Shown here: one piece after another, positions 37,232-47,600 of the stretch
How the letters are laid out: each line of letters opens with the position of its first letter
How positions within the stretch are numbered: the stretch's first letter is position 1
DNA from: Patescibacteria group bacterium
GTDB lineage: Bacteria; Patescibacteriota; CPR2; UBA1875; CAIMLA01
Reading direction: 5' to 3'
DNA length: 64,000 nt
Assembly: GCA_041738615.1 (NCBI GenBank)
Contig: JBGSPL010000004.1
Coordinates: forward strand, 129,203-193,202
The notes under the pieces: model-generated
What the model was told of the DNA's origin: nothing
What the model saw: the letters and a program-made list of their open reading frames with translations, nothing else
The model's database searches: none
Program-made: the position numbers and the translations under genes

Positions 37232-37281
37232 TTGGCGGATGTATACTTGTTTCTTTCTCTCTGGCGCTCTAGAATAACTGT

Positions 37282-38331
37282 ATGGATACAAATACTTTAA
37301 TTATTTCAGGAATTTTGATCGCTGGTTTTGCAGCCCTATTCTATTATCTCAAAACACAAGTTGTGGAGCGGCCCCAGCCGAAAGAAGATGACAAATCCTT
37401 GCTACTTTTACAGCAGCAGCTAGCGCAGGTTTCAGAGCAGCTGAGCAAGGGGATGGTGGAGTCCAACCGGTCTGTCCAGGAGCAGTTTCGTGCTAGCAGC
37501 AATATCATCAAGGACGTTACGGAGAAGCTTAGTAACCTCGAGAACACTAACAAGCAGGTCCTTGGCATCGCCGATCAGCTTCAGGGCTTGGAGAACGTGC
37601 TCAAGAACCCAAAGCAGCGTGGAATCCTAGGCGAATATTATCTAGAAACCCTACTGAAAAATATGTTTGGTCCCAAGGACTACCAGATGCAATACTCCTT
37701 TAAAAACGGCGACATCGTTGACGCTGTAGTATTTATTAAAGATAAGATTTTGCCCATTGATTCCAAGTTCTCTCTGGAGAACTACAACAAGATTGTTGCC
37801 GAGAAAGATATGACGAAGAAGGAGCAGCTGGAAAAACTTTTCAAACAAGACCTCAAGAATCGTATCGATGAAACTGCCAAGTATATTAAACCGAAGGAAG
37901 GTACCATGGACTTTGCTTTTATGTTTATCCCTTCTGAGGGGATATATTATGACCTACTAGTAAACCAGGTGGGGGCACTAAAGGTAAATACGCGGGACCT
38001 TATCGATTACGCTTTCCGTGAGAAACGAGTAATCATTGTTTCCCCAACATCTTTTGCGGCTTACCTTCAGACCGTGATGCAAGGCCTCCGAGCTCTCAAG
38101 ATTGAAGAATCGATTCACGAGATAGTAGGCAATGTGAATAAGCTCTCCTCACATCTAAATGCGTATCAGACACATATGACAAAGCTGGGGAACTCACTAG
38201 GCACTACTGTGAATGCCTACAACACGGCAAGTAAAGAGTTTACCAAGATCGACAAGGATATTACCAAAATTTCTGGTAGTTCTATCGAGTCTGAACTCAT
38301 TCAGTTGGACAAGCCGAGCACGGGCGAATAG
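37282..38331 (+). CDS. rmuC: DNA recombination protein RmuC
   Basis: RGILGE, PIDSKF, DFAFMFIPSE, IVSPT motifs. Confidence 0.92.
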   Translation: MDTNTLIISGILIAGFAALFYYLKTQVVERPQPKEDDKSLLLLQQQLAQVSEQLSKGMVESNRSVQEQFRASSNIIKDVTEKLSNLENTNKQVLGIADQLQGLENVLKNPKQRGILGEYYLETLLKNMFGPKDYQMQYSFKNGDIVDAVVFIKDKILPIDSKFSLENYNKIVAEKDMTKKEQLEKLFKQDLKNRIDETAKYIKPKEGTMDFAFMFIPSEGIYYDLLVNQVGALKVNTRDLIDYAFREKRVIIVSPTSFAAYLQTVMQGLRALKIEESIHEIVGNVNKLSSHLNAYQTHMTKLGNSLGTTVNAYNTASKEFTKIDKDITKISGSSIESELIQLDKPSTGE

Positions 38332-38372
38332 TTTTATTTCCTCCTTTGCCGTAGATGTTCTATAATATAGAC

Positions 38373-38753
38373 ATGAACAAAGGAACTTTTTCTTACAAGG
38401 CTATTTTGGCCGCGGTACTCTCCGGGGGGATTTTTGTTTACGCGCTGTACAGACTAGATCCAAGGACCAGCGGGATGAACGTTACGTTATTCTTGGTATC
38501 ACTCTTTATCGTGGCAATGAGCGTATTTGCTTTACTAAACTACTTAGTTATTCGTATGAGAAGTAACAACGAAAGTCATTTCTTGGCATCCAGGGGTTCA
38601 CTCCGGAGAGGTTTTCTGGTTGGAATTTACGTGGTCGGAGTGCTTGGTCTCTCGGCACTCGAGCTGCTGACCTGGTGGGATGCCTTGCTTTTGGCTTTGA
38701 GTCTAGTGCTATTTGAGCTATACTTTATTTCAGGTAAGGAGAAAACTTCTTGA
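38373..38753 (+). CDS. Membrane protein
   Basis: About 4 TM, SLRRG motif; TATAAT 6 nt before ATG. Confidence 0.7.
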   Translation: MNKGTFSYKAILAAVLSGGIFVYALYRLDPRTSGMNVTLFLVSLFIVAMSVFALLNYLVIRMRSNNESHFLASRGSLRRGFLVGIYVVGVLGLSALELLTWWDALLLALSLVLFELYFISGKEKTS

Positions 38754-39115
38754 GCCACGTTTTTTATATTATTTTGGGACTCACACTTATAATTGCGATT
38801 AATTATGGCGCAACCGTAGCAGTTGTTTTTTTCTATTTCTATCTCGCCAAGATCAAGGAAACTGTAACTCATCGACTCAAGCTGGCGCTCTGGCTTTCAC
38901 TCTCCAACGTAGTAGCTCAGTTTCTGGGGCTTGTCGTGTTTTCTTCACTTGGTGGCGTGGCGTTTTCGGTAATTACATTCTTGCTCTCACTTGCTGGCTA
39001 CCTCGGGGTCATGAAGTTTGGTTATAAATATCACATCTTCGAAAACTTGATTATAGCCGGGGTACTTTCTATAATCCTAAACCCTGCTTGGTTGCAACTC
39101 TTTGGGCTGATGTAA
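38750..39115 (+). CDS. Membrane protein
   Basis: Hydrophobic ORF coupled to neighbours on both sides. Confidence 0.6.
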   Translation: MSHVFYIILGLTLIIAINYGATVAVVFFYFYLAKIKETVTHRLKLALWLSLSNVVAQFLGLVVFSSLGGVAFSVITFLLSLAGYLGVMKFGYKYHIFENLIIAGVLSIILNPAWLQLFGLM

Positions 39116-40104
39116 TGAACAAAGATATTGCACAAATAAAAGTAAATTTCGTGAGTGATCTAGCATCACTCGAGGTTTCAGAAGTTCGTACCAAGTACCT
39201 TGGTAGAAAGAGTGAGCTTTCAGCGTTGCTGAAGGGGATCAAGGACATCGAGGCTTCTCTGCGCAATCAATTCGGTGCAGATGCCAACGCTCTGCGCGTA
39301 TATATAGAGTCCGAAATCGCCCAGAAAGAATCGGCATCGGATACGGCTCAGGAGAAGCCATTTGATGTCACCGCACCGGGGACTCTTTATCCTGTAGGAC
39401 ACATTCATCCCGTGCATCAGACACTAGAGAAACTTACTGATATATTTACCTCCATGGGTTACGAAGTTGCTTCCGGTCCAGAGGTAGACGATGATTGGCA
39501 CAATTTTGAGGCACTCAACATGGGTCCAGAGCACCCAGCTAGGGACATGCAGGATACTTTTTACTTGCTCGACGGTTTTCTCCCGAGAACCCATACTTCT
39601 ACCGTGCAGATTCGCTATATGGAGGAACACAAACCACCGATCAAGATTATTGCCCCTGGTAAGGTACACCGTAACGAAAATGAGGACGCCACTCACAGCT
39701 GGATATTTCACCAATTTGAAGGCCTGGTAATCGATGAGGGCATTACGTTTGCCGACCTCAAGGGAACCCTCGAGCACGTAGCACGAGAAATATTTGGCCC
39801 TGATACCAAGACTCGTTTCAGACCGAATTTCTTCCCCTATACTGAGCCCAGTGCCGAGATGGATGCAAGCTGTCCTCAGTGCGGCGGTAAGGGGTGTCGT
39901 TCCTGTGGGGGCACAGGATGGTTGGAGCTTCTTGGCTCCGGTATGGTACACCCCCAGGTTTTGCGCAATATGGGGATCGATCCGGAGAAATATAGCGGCT
40001 TTGCTTTTGGCCTAGGCGTCGATCGTATCGCCATGATTAAGCATCAAATTCCGGATGCTCGCCTACTTTGGCACCCTGACGTAAGATTTTTGGAGCAATT
40101 CTAA
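39115..40104 (+). CDS. pheS: Phenylalanine--tRNA ligase alpha subunit
   Basis: HPARDMQDTF, FPYTEPSAE, GFAFGLG motifs. Confidence 0.97.
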   Translation: MNKDIAQIKVNFVSDLASLEVSEVRTKYLGRKSELSALLKGIKDIEASLRNQFGADANALRVYIESEIAQKESASDTAQEKPFDVTAPGTLYPVGHIHPVHQTLEKLTDIFTSMGYEVASGPEVDDDWHNFEALNMGPEHPARDMQDTFYLLDGFLPRTHTSTVQIRYMEEHKPPIKIIAPGKVHRNENEDATHSWIFHQFEGLVIDEGITFADLKGTLEHVAREIFGPDTKTRFRPNFFPYTEPSAEMDASCPQCGGKGCRSCGGTGWLELLGSGMVHPQVLRNMGIDPEKYSGFAFGLGVDRIAMIKHQIPDARLLWHPDVRFLEQF

Positions 40105-40382
40105 TGAACGAGCAGACATATTTACTGATAGGAACAGTAGGTTCGATTATTTCGGTAGCTGGAAATGTTCCCATGCTGTTGCATCTTATAAAAACCAAAG
40201 ATTCCACAGGACAGAGTGTGGTCGCTTGGACTATTTGGGAGCTAGCAAATCTGATGCTCCTTCTATACGCGGTTCACATCAATGACGTGGTTTTTACGGT
40301 ACTGCAAATCGCATGGGTTATCTTTTGCGGAATCATCATTGCGCTCGTGTTTAAGTATAAGCAGAAAGACAAAGATAAGTGA
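40104..40382 (+). CDS. PQ-loop / SemiSWEET-like 3-TM protein
   Basis: P.L...IKTKDSTGQS pattern, three hydrophobic helices. Confidence 0.7.
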   Translation: MNEQTYLLIGTVGSIISVAGNVPMLLHLIKTKDSTGQSVVAWTIWELANLMLLLYAVHINDVVFTVLQIAWVIFCGIIIALVFKYKQKDKDK

Positions 40383-42757
40383 AGCTCTCGTACAAGTGGC
40401 TAAAAGAATACGTAAATACCAAATTCCCAGCAGAAGTGATTGCCGAGAAGCTTACCATGTCTGGGCTCGAGGTAGATGAGATTGTTTCCGGTCACAATTT
40501 TAGCGGTGTCGTTGTCGGCAAGGTAGTCTCACTAGAGAAACATCCCAATGCCGACAAACTTCGAGTAGCACAGGTTGATGTCGGTAGCGAGATACTCCAG
40601 ATTGTTTGTGGCGCGGCGAATCTCGAAAAGGAACAAACCGTTGCTGTTGCTATTGTCGGCGCCAAGCTCGGGGACTTCGAGATTGGTAAGGCCAGCCTTC
40701 GTGGCGTAGATTCATTTGGAATGATTTGTAGTGAGCAGGAGCTAGGCCTCGGCGCAGACCATAGCGGAATTATGATTCTCGATAAAGCCACCAAGATTGG
40801 TGAGGTATTTGTTTCCGAAAAAGGTGCGGACCAAGTATTGGACGTGAAAGTACTGGCCAACAGACCAGATTGCATGAGTGTGGTCGGTTTGGCACGAGAA
40901 GTTGCCGCTCTTACCGGAGAGAGACTAGTATTACCAAGGGTATCACTTGTAGAAAGTAAGCCTTCTACGAAGGTAAACATTACCTTAGAGGATGCTGCTC
41001 TTTGCCCTCGCTATATGGCGAGAGTCGTTACAGAAGTGAAGCGAACAGAAACTCCTCAGTGGATGAAGGAACGGCTTTTGGCGTCAGGGGTTCGCTCCAT
41101 CGACCTTTTTGTCGATATTTCCAACTATGTCATGCTCGAATATGGTCAGCCGCTGCACTTCTTCGATTTAGATAAAGTCAGTAGCAAGGGGACAGTAAAG
41201 ATTGGTGTGCGACTTGCAAAAAGCGGTGAACAGCTGACGACACTCGATGGTAATAAGCGTAAATTGACTACCGAGATGCTCGTGATTACCGACGGTAAGG
41301 ACCCGATTGCTTTGGCAGGAGTGATGGGAGGAGCTACTACCGAGATTGATAAAAATACCCAGAACATCTTTATTGAGGCTGCAGTTTTCGACAAAGCCAG
41401 CATACGACGCACTTCGAGAGCTCTGGGTCTCCGATCGGAGGCGGTGGCCAGATACGAGAAGGGTATTGGCATTGCATCCCCCGAGGCTGCAATTGCTAGG
41501 GCAGCACAGCTGCTTGCTGATATTGCGGGTGGGCTTGTAGAGGGCAAGGCCACAGATACGTTAAAGACTACGGTAAAGAACCGGAAGATATCGCTAAATC
41601 CATCTAAGCTGAATGCCTTCCTGGGCTCGAGTTATACCGATAGGCAGATTCAATCGGTACTTACGAAACTCGGGTTCACTGTAACGGTACGTACGAAGTA
41701 TTTGTACGAAATCGTAGTGCCAACCTGGAGAGTGGATATCGACGAGCCAGTAGACCTTTACGAAGAGGTGAGCCGTGTAATAGGCTTTGATAGTATCCCG
41801 AGCACTCTGCCATACAGCGTACGTAGCGTTTCTAAGAAGAATGAAGGATATGAATTTGCCAAGAAGGTTCGCCATGGCCTTGCTGGCATCGGAATTACAG
41901 AGATTATGACCTATTCATTCGCCGGAGAGACCGAGCTTCGGGCTGTGAGCGCAGATACCAAGGACGCCTTTGAGCTTGCGAACCCGCTGGTCAAAGAGCA
42001 GAAGTACATGAGGACAAGCTTGGTACCCAAGATGCTAGAGGCACTAGCTGCGAATCAATACCACAGGGAAAGCATTAGATTCTTCGAGATCGGTAAGTCC
42101 TTTCATCGTAAAGGTAGGGGTCTACCCCAGGAGAGAAACTGGCTTTCTGTCGGCGTAGTGGGTGGGAAGAGCTGGCCAATCACCTATGTTGAGGGAGCTG
42201 AATATTACGATACTAAGGGGATTGTAGAAAACTTCTTCTACACGCTTGGTATCTCGGATTTACTATTCCAAACAGCAGAGAATACGGTTTTTCAGACCGG
42301 TAGGGCCGCCGATGTCTTTGTCGGAAAAGCTAAGGTTGGCGAAATCGGAATTACCCGCTCTGAACTCGCCGCAACATTTGGCCTAAAGAGAGAGTCGGCC
42401 GTCGCAGAACTAGACCTGGATAGCATCATGAAGCTAGTAGCTAGTGACGTAAAAGTCAAAGAAATTAGTCGATACCAGCACTCACTGCGTGATATCTCAT
42501 TTGTTGTTTCTGACAAGGTTCAGGTGTCGCAGGTCATGGCCAGTCTTTCGGCAGTAGACAAACTCGCGCAAAACGTAGAAATTATAGATATCTATCAAGG
42601 CAAAACATTGCCTGCAGATGAGAAAAGCATTACAATTCGACTTACGATTGTGAGTGACGAAAAAACACTCACCGAGGCAGAGGTAGATGAAGTAGTACAG
42701 AAGGCAGTCCAGAAACTCAGTGGACTTGGAGGGAAAGTGCGTGGTAGCAAAGCGTAA
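40379..42757 (+). CDS. pheT: Phenylalanine--tRNA ligase beta subunit
   Basis: HPNADKL, NRPDC, EEVSR..G motifs and C-terminal FDX-ACB domain (RDISF). Confidence 0.97.
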   Translation: MKLSYKWLKEYVNTKFPAEVIAEKLTMSGLEVDEIVSGHNFSGVVVGKVVSLEKHPNADKLRVAQVDVGSEILQIVCGAANLEKEQTVAVAIVGAKLGDFEIGKASLRGVDSFGMICSEQELGLGADHSGIMILDKATKIGEVFVSEKGADQVLDVKVLANRPDCMSVVGLAREVAALTGERLVLPRVSLVESKPSTKVNITLEDAALCPRYMARVVTEVKRTETPQWMKERLLASGVRSIDLFVDISNYVMLEYGQPLHFFDLDKVSSKGTVKIGVRLAKSGEQLTTLDGNKRKLTTEMLVITDGKDPIALAGVMGGATTEIDKNTQNIFIEAAVFDKASIRRTSRALGLRSEAVARYEKGIGIASPEAAIARAAQLLADIAGGLVEGKATDTLKTTVKNRKISLNPSKLNAFLGSSYTDRQIQSVLTKLGFTVTVRTKYLYEIVVPTWRVDIDEPVDLYEEVSRVIGFDSIPSTLPYSVRSVSKKNEGYEFAKKVRHGLAGIGITEIMTYSFAGETELRAVSADTKDAFELANPLVKEQKYMRTSLVPKMLEALAANQYHRESIRFFEIGKSFHRKGRGLPQERNWLSVGVVGGKSWPITYVEGAEYYDTKGIVENFFYTLGISDLLFQTAENTVFQTGRAADVFVGKAKVGEIGITRSELAATFGLKRESAVAELDLDSIMKLVASDVKVKEISRYQHSLRDISFVVSDKVQVSQVMASLSAVDKLAQNVEIIDIYQGKTLPADEKSITIRLTIVSDEKTLTEAEVDEVVQKAVQKLSGLGGKVRGSKA

Positions 42758-44531
42758 AAATGTCGATAGCATCGACTCTAAGCCGAAGAAGGGCGAGAAG
42801 CGATACCTAGAGGAGCTCGCCGCAAAAAGCGAGGAGCCTTTAGAGGATCTACTTCGGCCAAACTTGCCAGCAGATGATGGCAAGAACTTCGTGTTACCTT
42901 CGAAAAAATGGTACATCTGGTCGCGTGCTACAAAGACAGCCGCACCAACCGGAGAAGATTCATCCCCTAAGAAAAAGGGTGCAAAGAATGTTAAGACTAG
43001 GGTAACAGAATCTGATTCGGTACCAGAAATGATTGCAGTAGAGCGCAAGTTCTTTCGAAATCATCGTAGGATAGCGCTTGCCGTCACCTTGGTGACCGCA
43101 GTATCTATTGTACTCGCGGGTCTGATTGGCGGAGCGGCATATGCGCACCAAGCAATTTATCAGAACAAGGTTTTCCCGGGTGTTGTAGTCTGGGGCGAGG
43201 ATGTCGGTGGGAAAAGTGTTACAGACGTACAGAAACTGATAACCGCGAAGGTAAAAGATTACAACATCGTTATCAAGGGACCAGACCAAGACTACAAAGC
43301 AAACGTGCAGGACCTGGGTATCATCTTCAATACGGATAGTATGGCCCTATCGGCTTATTCTAGAGGCAGGTCTGACGTTTGGTACGACGATTACCTGACC
43401 CGTGGACGCTTGCTATCTACTGAGATTAAGTGGGCTCCTTGGCAGCAGTTTATCCGTTCCAACGATCTGGCGATTTCGCCTAGTTACACCGTTAACAAGG
43501 AGAAACTAGACGCTTACCTTACAAAAATCGCGGAGAATATCAAAATTCAGGCCCAAGACTCGCAGGTTACCGTAGAGGGAGGCACCACACAGCTAAAGCC
43601 GGCTATCTTTGGACGCGAAGTAATTCTGGACGAGCTTAAGAGCAGTGTCCTCGGTAGTATAAATGGACTTCGCGCCGAAAAGATCGATGTAAAGACCACG
43701 GTTGTGAAGCCAGCGATTGTCGATAACGCTGCCCAGGAAGTGATGCTTCAGGCTCAGAATGTGATGGCGCGGCCAGTAACACTGACTTATCAGGGGGTCG
43801 AGTATCGACCAAATCAGGACACGGTAGGCTCTTGGATAACATTCACGAAAAACGAAGGCGACGCAAAGTATACCCTAGCGATAGACCAGTCAAAGATGAA
43901 CAGCTACTTTTCCTTCCTAGGGAGTAAGATCAACATCTATTCTACGGAGAGGATAGTGCGGGTAGAAAATGGGGTAAAACAGACCGAAACACAGGCTGGG
44001 GTGAATGGGACACTCGTGAATAATGATGTTTTGGGTACACAGATCGCCTCTACGCTGCCGGTGCAGCCTAGCGTGAGGCTGGAGATACCTACCTATGTTG
44101 ATAATTTCAAAACTCGGTACGAGAATGTAGTGATAGCTGACTGGGACAAGTATATAGACATCAATCTTTCTTCCCAGACGATGACTGCCTGTGAAAAGGG
44201 TGGTGTAAATTGCCATCAGTGGAGTGTGACGACAGGAGACGACAATCACTCGACCCCGGTCGGAACCCATCTTGTCCTTGGACGTAACGCAAGTTTCTAC
44301 ATGACAGGTGGCACGCCAGGTGTCGATTACTACAAGGTATGGGTGGATCACGCAGTTTGGTTCACGAGCGCGGGACATGCAATACATGATGCGCACTGGC
44401 GCAACGGCTCTTTTGGTGGTCAGGATTATCATTGGAATGGTTCTCATGGCTGTGTAAATAGCCCCGATGATGCCGCAATCTACATCTACAATTGGGCAGC
44501 GGTCGGAACTCCAGTAATAGTCCATTATTAG
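42741..44531 (+). CDS. L,D-transpeptidase with VanW-type peptidoglycan-binding region
   Basis: TM anchor, IDINLSSQ, AIHDA.W, SHGCVN motifs. Confidence 0.88.
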   Translation: MVAKRKNVDSIDSKPKKGEKRYLEELAAKSEEPLEDLLRPNLPADDGKNFVLPSKKWYIWSRATKTAAPTGEDSSPKKKGAKNVKTRVTESDSVPEMIAVERKFFRNHRRIALAVTLVTAVSIVLAGLIGGAAYAHQAIYQNKVFPGVVVWGEDVGGKSVTDVQKLITAKVKDYNIVIKGPDQDYKANVQDLGIIFNTDSMALSAYSRGRSDVWYDDYLTRGRLLSTEIKWAPWQQFIRSNDLAISPSYTVNKEKLDAYLTKIAENIKIQAQDSQVTVEGGTTQLKPAIFGREVILDELKSSVLGSINGLRAEKIDVKTTVVKPAIVDNAAQEVMLQAQNVMARPVTLTYQGVEYRPNQDTVGSWITFTKNEGDAKYTLAIDQSKMNSYFSFLGSKINIYSTERIVRVENGVKQTETQAGVNGTLVNNDVLGTQIASTLPVQPSVRLEIPTYVDNFKTRYENVVIADWDKYIDINLSSQTMTACEKGGVNCHQWSVTTGDDNHSTPVGTHLVLGRNASFYMTGGTPGVDYYKVWVDHAVWFTSAGHAIHDAHWRNGSFGGQDYHWNGSHGCVNSPDDAAIYIYNWAAVGTPVIVHY

Positions 44532-44544
44532 TCGCTAATATTTA

Positions 44545-44595
44545 CTAAAACAAGCACATTATGTGCTTGTTTTAGATACAGAAAAAGCCCATAAT
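44545..44595 (+). promoter_or_regulatory. Palindrome plus promoter, copy 1
   Basis: CTAAAACAAGCACAT-T-ATGTGCTTGTTTTAG; TTGTTT-17-CATAAT. Confidence 0.75.
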
Positions 44596-44623
44596 ATATA
44601 CATAAACCTAAGAGGGAGGGACC

Positions 44624-47600
44624 TTGGCACAAAGGCCACGATTCCTGAAAGCTAGAAGCTATTGCAAGAAAGCAGTAAGTGCATGTTCTGCTATATTTGG
44701 ATTGGCTATAGTTCGGGCTCTTACCTTCTTCATCGACAAGGCTCGGGTGTGGCGCTTTGAACTGACGTACAAGCTTCACCTCAAGGTTCGCTCAGTACAT
44801 GACAACTTGGTAGTGAAGAACGTTATTTATCGTAAGGTTACGGAAAATAAGTATGCAGTGCCGGTGCGAAATGCTACAGCTTCTGCCTTTGTTGTATCTC
44901 TAATGCTGTTTACTACTATTCAATATATATTGCCACAGTTCAATCTATTAGCTCCAGGTCAAGTTTATGCCGGGTCAAATAATAAGACGTGGACAACCAA
45001 AGCAGACTTCGAAACCGCAGCAACAAATGCGGGAGTGACAATCGGGGGTGATAATGACGCGAATGATGCAAATAACAACGATAATACTAAGCTTCAGGCT
45101 ACTTCAAACTGGTCCCAACCGTCTAACCCAACGGCTGGCACGGACACCACGTATTCTACTGCCGTGGATGGCGAATTTGTTTATATAGGTGGATTACAAT
45201 ATGTGGGCCAAGCTCCAGATTTAATTAATGGTGATTATCAGTGGAGAATTGAAAAGAGAAATATATCAGACGGTACTTTGGTGTGGGCCCAGACAGAGAA
45301 TAACGGTGGTTACTATGACTATGTAAAGGATATATTCGTTTCAGGGAGTTCGCTCTACTTAGTGGGTATCGGTTCAGGGGCAAGTAATAATGATACAAAA
45401 TGGGTAATAGAAAAAAGGAATATCTCAGATGGTGGATTAGCTTGGACACGGACTTACAATCCTTCAACTGGAAACGATGTCCCAATGTCAGGGGCTACTG
45501 ATGGATCCTGGATATATGTGGGGGGTCTCGATAACTCTATGTCTAATAACCCCGCTTGGCGGCTAGAAAAAATCTCCTCAGTGGATGGTTCTTTATCAAC
45601 AGCTGTTACGGTTGATATCAGTACTGGCGTGACTTCGTACGAGTCCATCACTGGTGTTGCTGTGTCCGGTGGGTACGTTTATATAGGTGGATACGGTGGT
45701 TCTGCGAGTAATTCCTTTGGGAGAATACAGAAAAGAAATTCGAGTAACCTGGCTTTGACAATTGGTACATGGACTGTTGACTCGGACCCAACCACCGGTA
45801 ATGATGGCATACAGGATTTAATTATTGACGGTAGTTTTTTATACGTTGGCGGTTATTCAGGTGCCAATTATAGATACGAAAAACGTAACATGACTACCGG
45901 GGCCCTTGTTTACGGCCAGAATATCACACCAACAGGAACGAATCCTAATGTTAATATGATGACCTCGGACGGAACATATTTTTATACTTCCGCAAGTTCA
46001 ATAGGGACATTCCCTACCTATTACTACATTATTGAGAAGAGGCTTCTCTCGGACGCCTCTCTTGTCTGGACGATTACTGGTAAGCCATGTCGCGGAATAA
46101 CTTTTTCCAACTCAAGCCTTTTTACGGCTGTTACCAACACTGGTGGAGGAGGTGATTGGCTTACGGAGAGAATGTCAGATGCCAATGGCTCGGTAACAGC
46201 CTTTAATACCCCTGGTAACCTAGGTTCGAGTGTTACATCCGCGGTTGGTCTCCGTTATGATTCAGGAATTGGTAATACCGCTAAGGCGTCTACGATTTCG
46301 TTGACAGGCACAACGGCCTCGAACAACCAGAAGGTAAAGCTCAAGGTTCGTTCTGGTGATACTCAAGGAGAACTAGACACCTCTTTCTGCTATGGTCCAA
46401 CCTCCACAGGTTCTGGCTGTAGCGATTGGAGTACGGCGGGATCATTCTTTTATCAACAGCGAGTAGCGGGCGTAGAGACCTCTTCGACGACCGGTATATT
46501 AAATACAATCCCAGCCAAAAGATTTATAGAAGTTCTAGTTCGTCTAGAATCAGACGGATCGAATACACCTGTCTTAGACAGAGTTGATCTGGGGTATAAC
46601 TATCTCGACGCCCCAATTGCCCAGTTAGCGAAGAGACTTAGCGGCACAACCGACATACCTTATGACACTTACACTAATGAATCAGGATTTGTTGAAAAAT
46701 ATTTCGCCCAAGGCTTTAACAGCGGGGAAACACTTTATCCAGAAATTGAAGTAGTGTCTCAAGGTGCGTCATTTACTGGCACTGGCACAGTTGGCCCAGG
46801 AGTTTTGTTAACCCCAGGAAATTATGCTAATCCTGTGGAACTTGCTGTTACTAAGAACGGATTAGCTCCAGGCAATTATAAATTTAAGGTTCGGACCTCC
46901 GACTCCACGGGGCGCATAAGTGCATGGTCTACAAACGAAGTACTTTTCCGTATCGAACAAGAACTGCCTACCGGTTCAGTTACCATTGGCGGGTCAAATG
47001 TCACGGGCGGATATGCGAAGTCGAGAAATGTAGTTCTTAGCTCGACGGTTAACGACACAGGGGGCTCAGGTCTGGGACAGATGCAATTTGCAAATAAACC
47101 CGCAATTGATGGGGACCCCCTAGTTTGGTCAGGGTGGGAACCGTATAGTACTAGCAGGGTTTGGGCACTTTCAGCTGGAAATGGGGCAAAAACTGTCTAC
47201 GCCCAATATCGGGATAATGCAGGAAATGTAACTAATACCTGGGCACAGACTAGCCAGGCTGATTTTCAAGGCGGACAAACCTCAGGGAACGCCAGTGTTA
47301 CTAATACCCCCGGAACTATCAAGCTAGTAGGAGGAGTGCAGACCACTATAATAAGGCCAAACGGTCCTGGAAACTATAGCCAATGGTCGCAGAATCCGGC
47401 AACGGGGCAAAACTGGGACAAGGTTGATGAGGTTGTAAATAACCAGGGGGATTATGTACTTGGAGGCGGTAAGGACCTCTATAATTTGCAGGATCCCGCC
47501 CTAAGCAACGTAACAATTACAGGAGTTAACATCTACGCAGACGCTTTCGGCTCGGATGATTGCGGAGGTTGTTCGTCGTTGATTTCTTTCGGTATCTATG

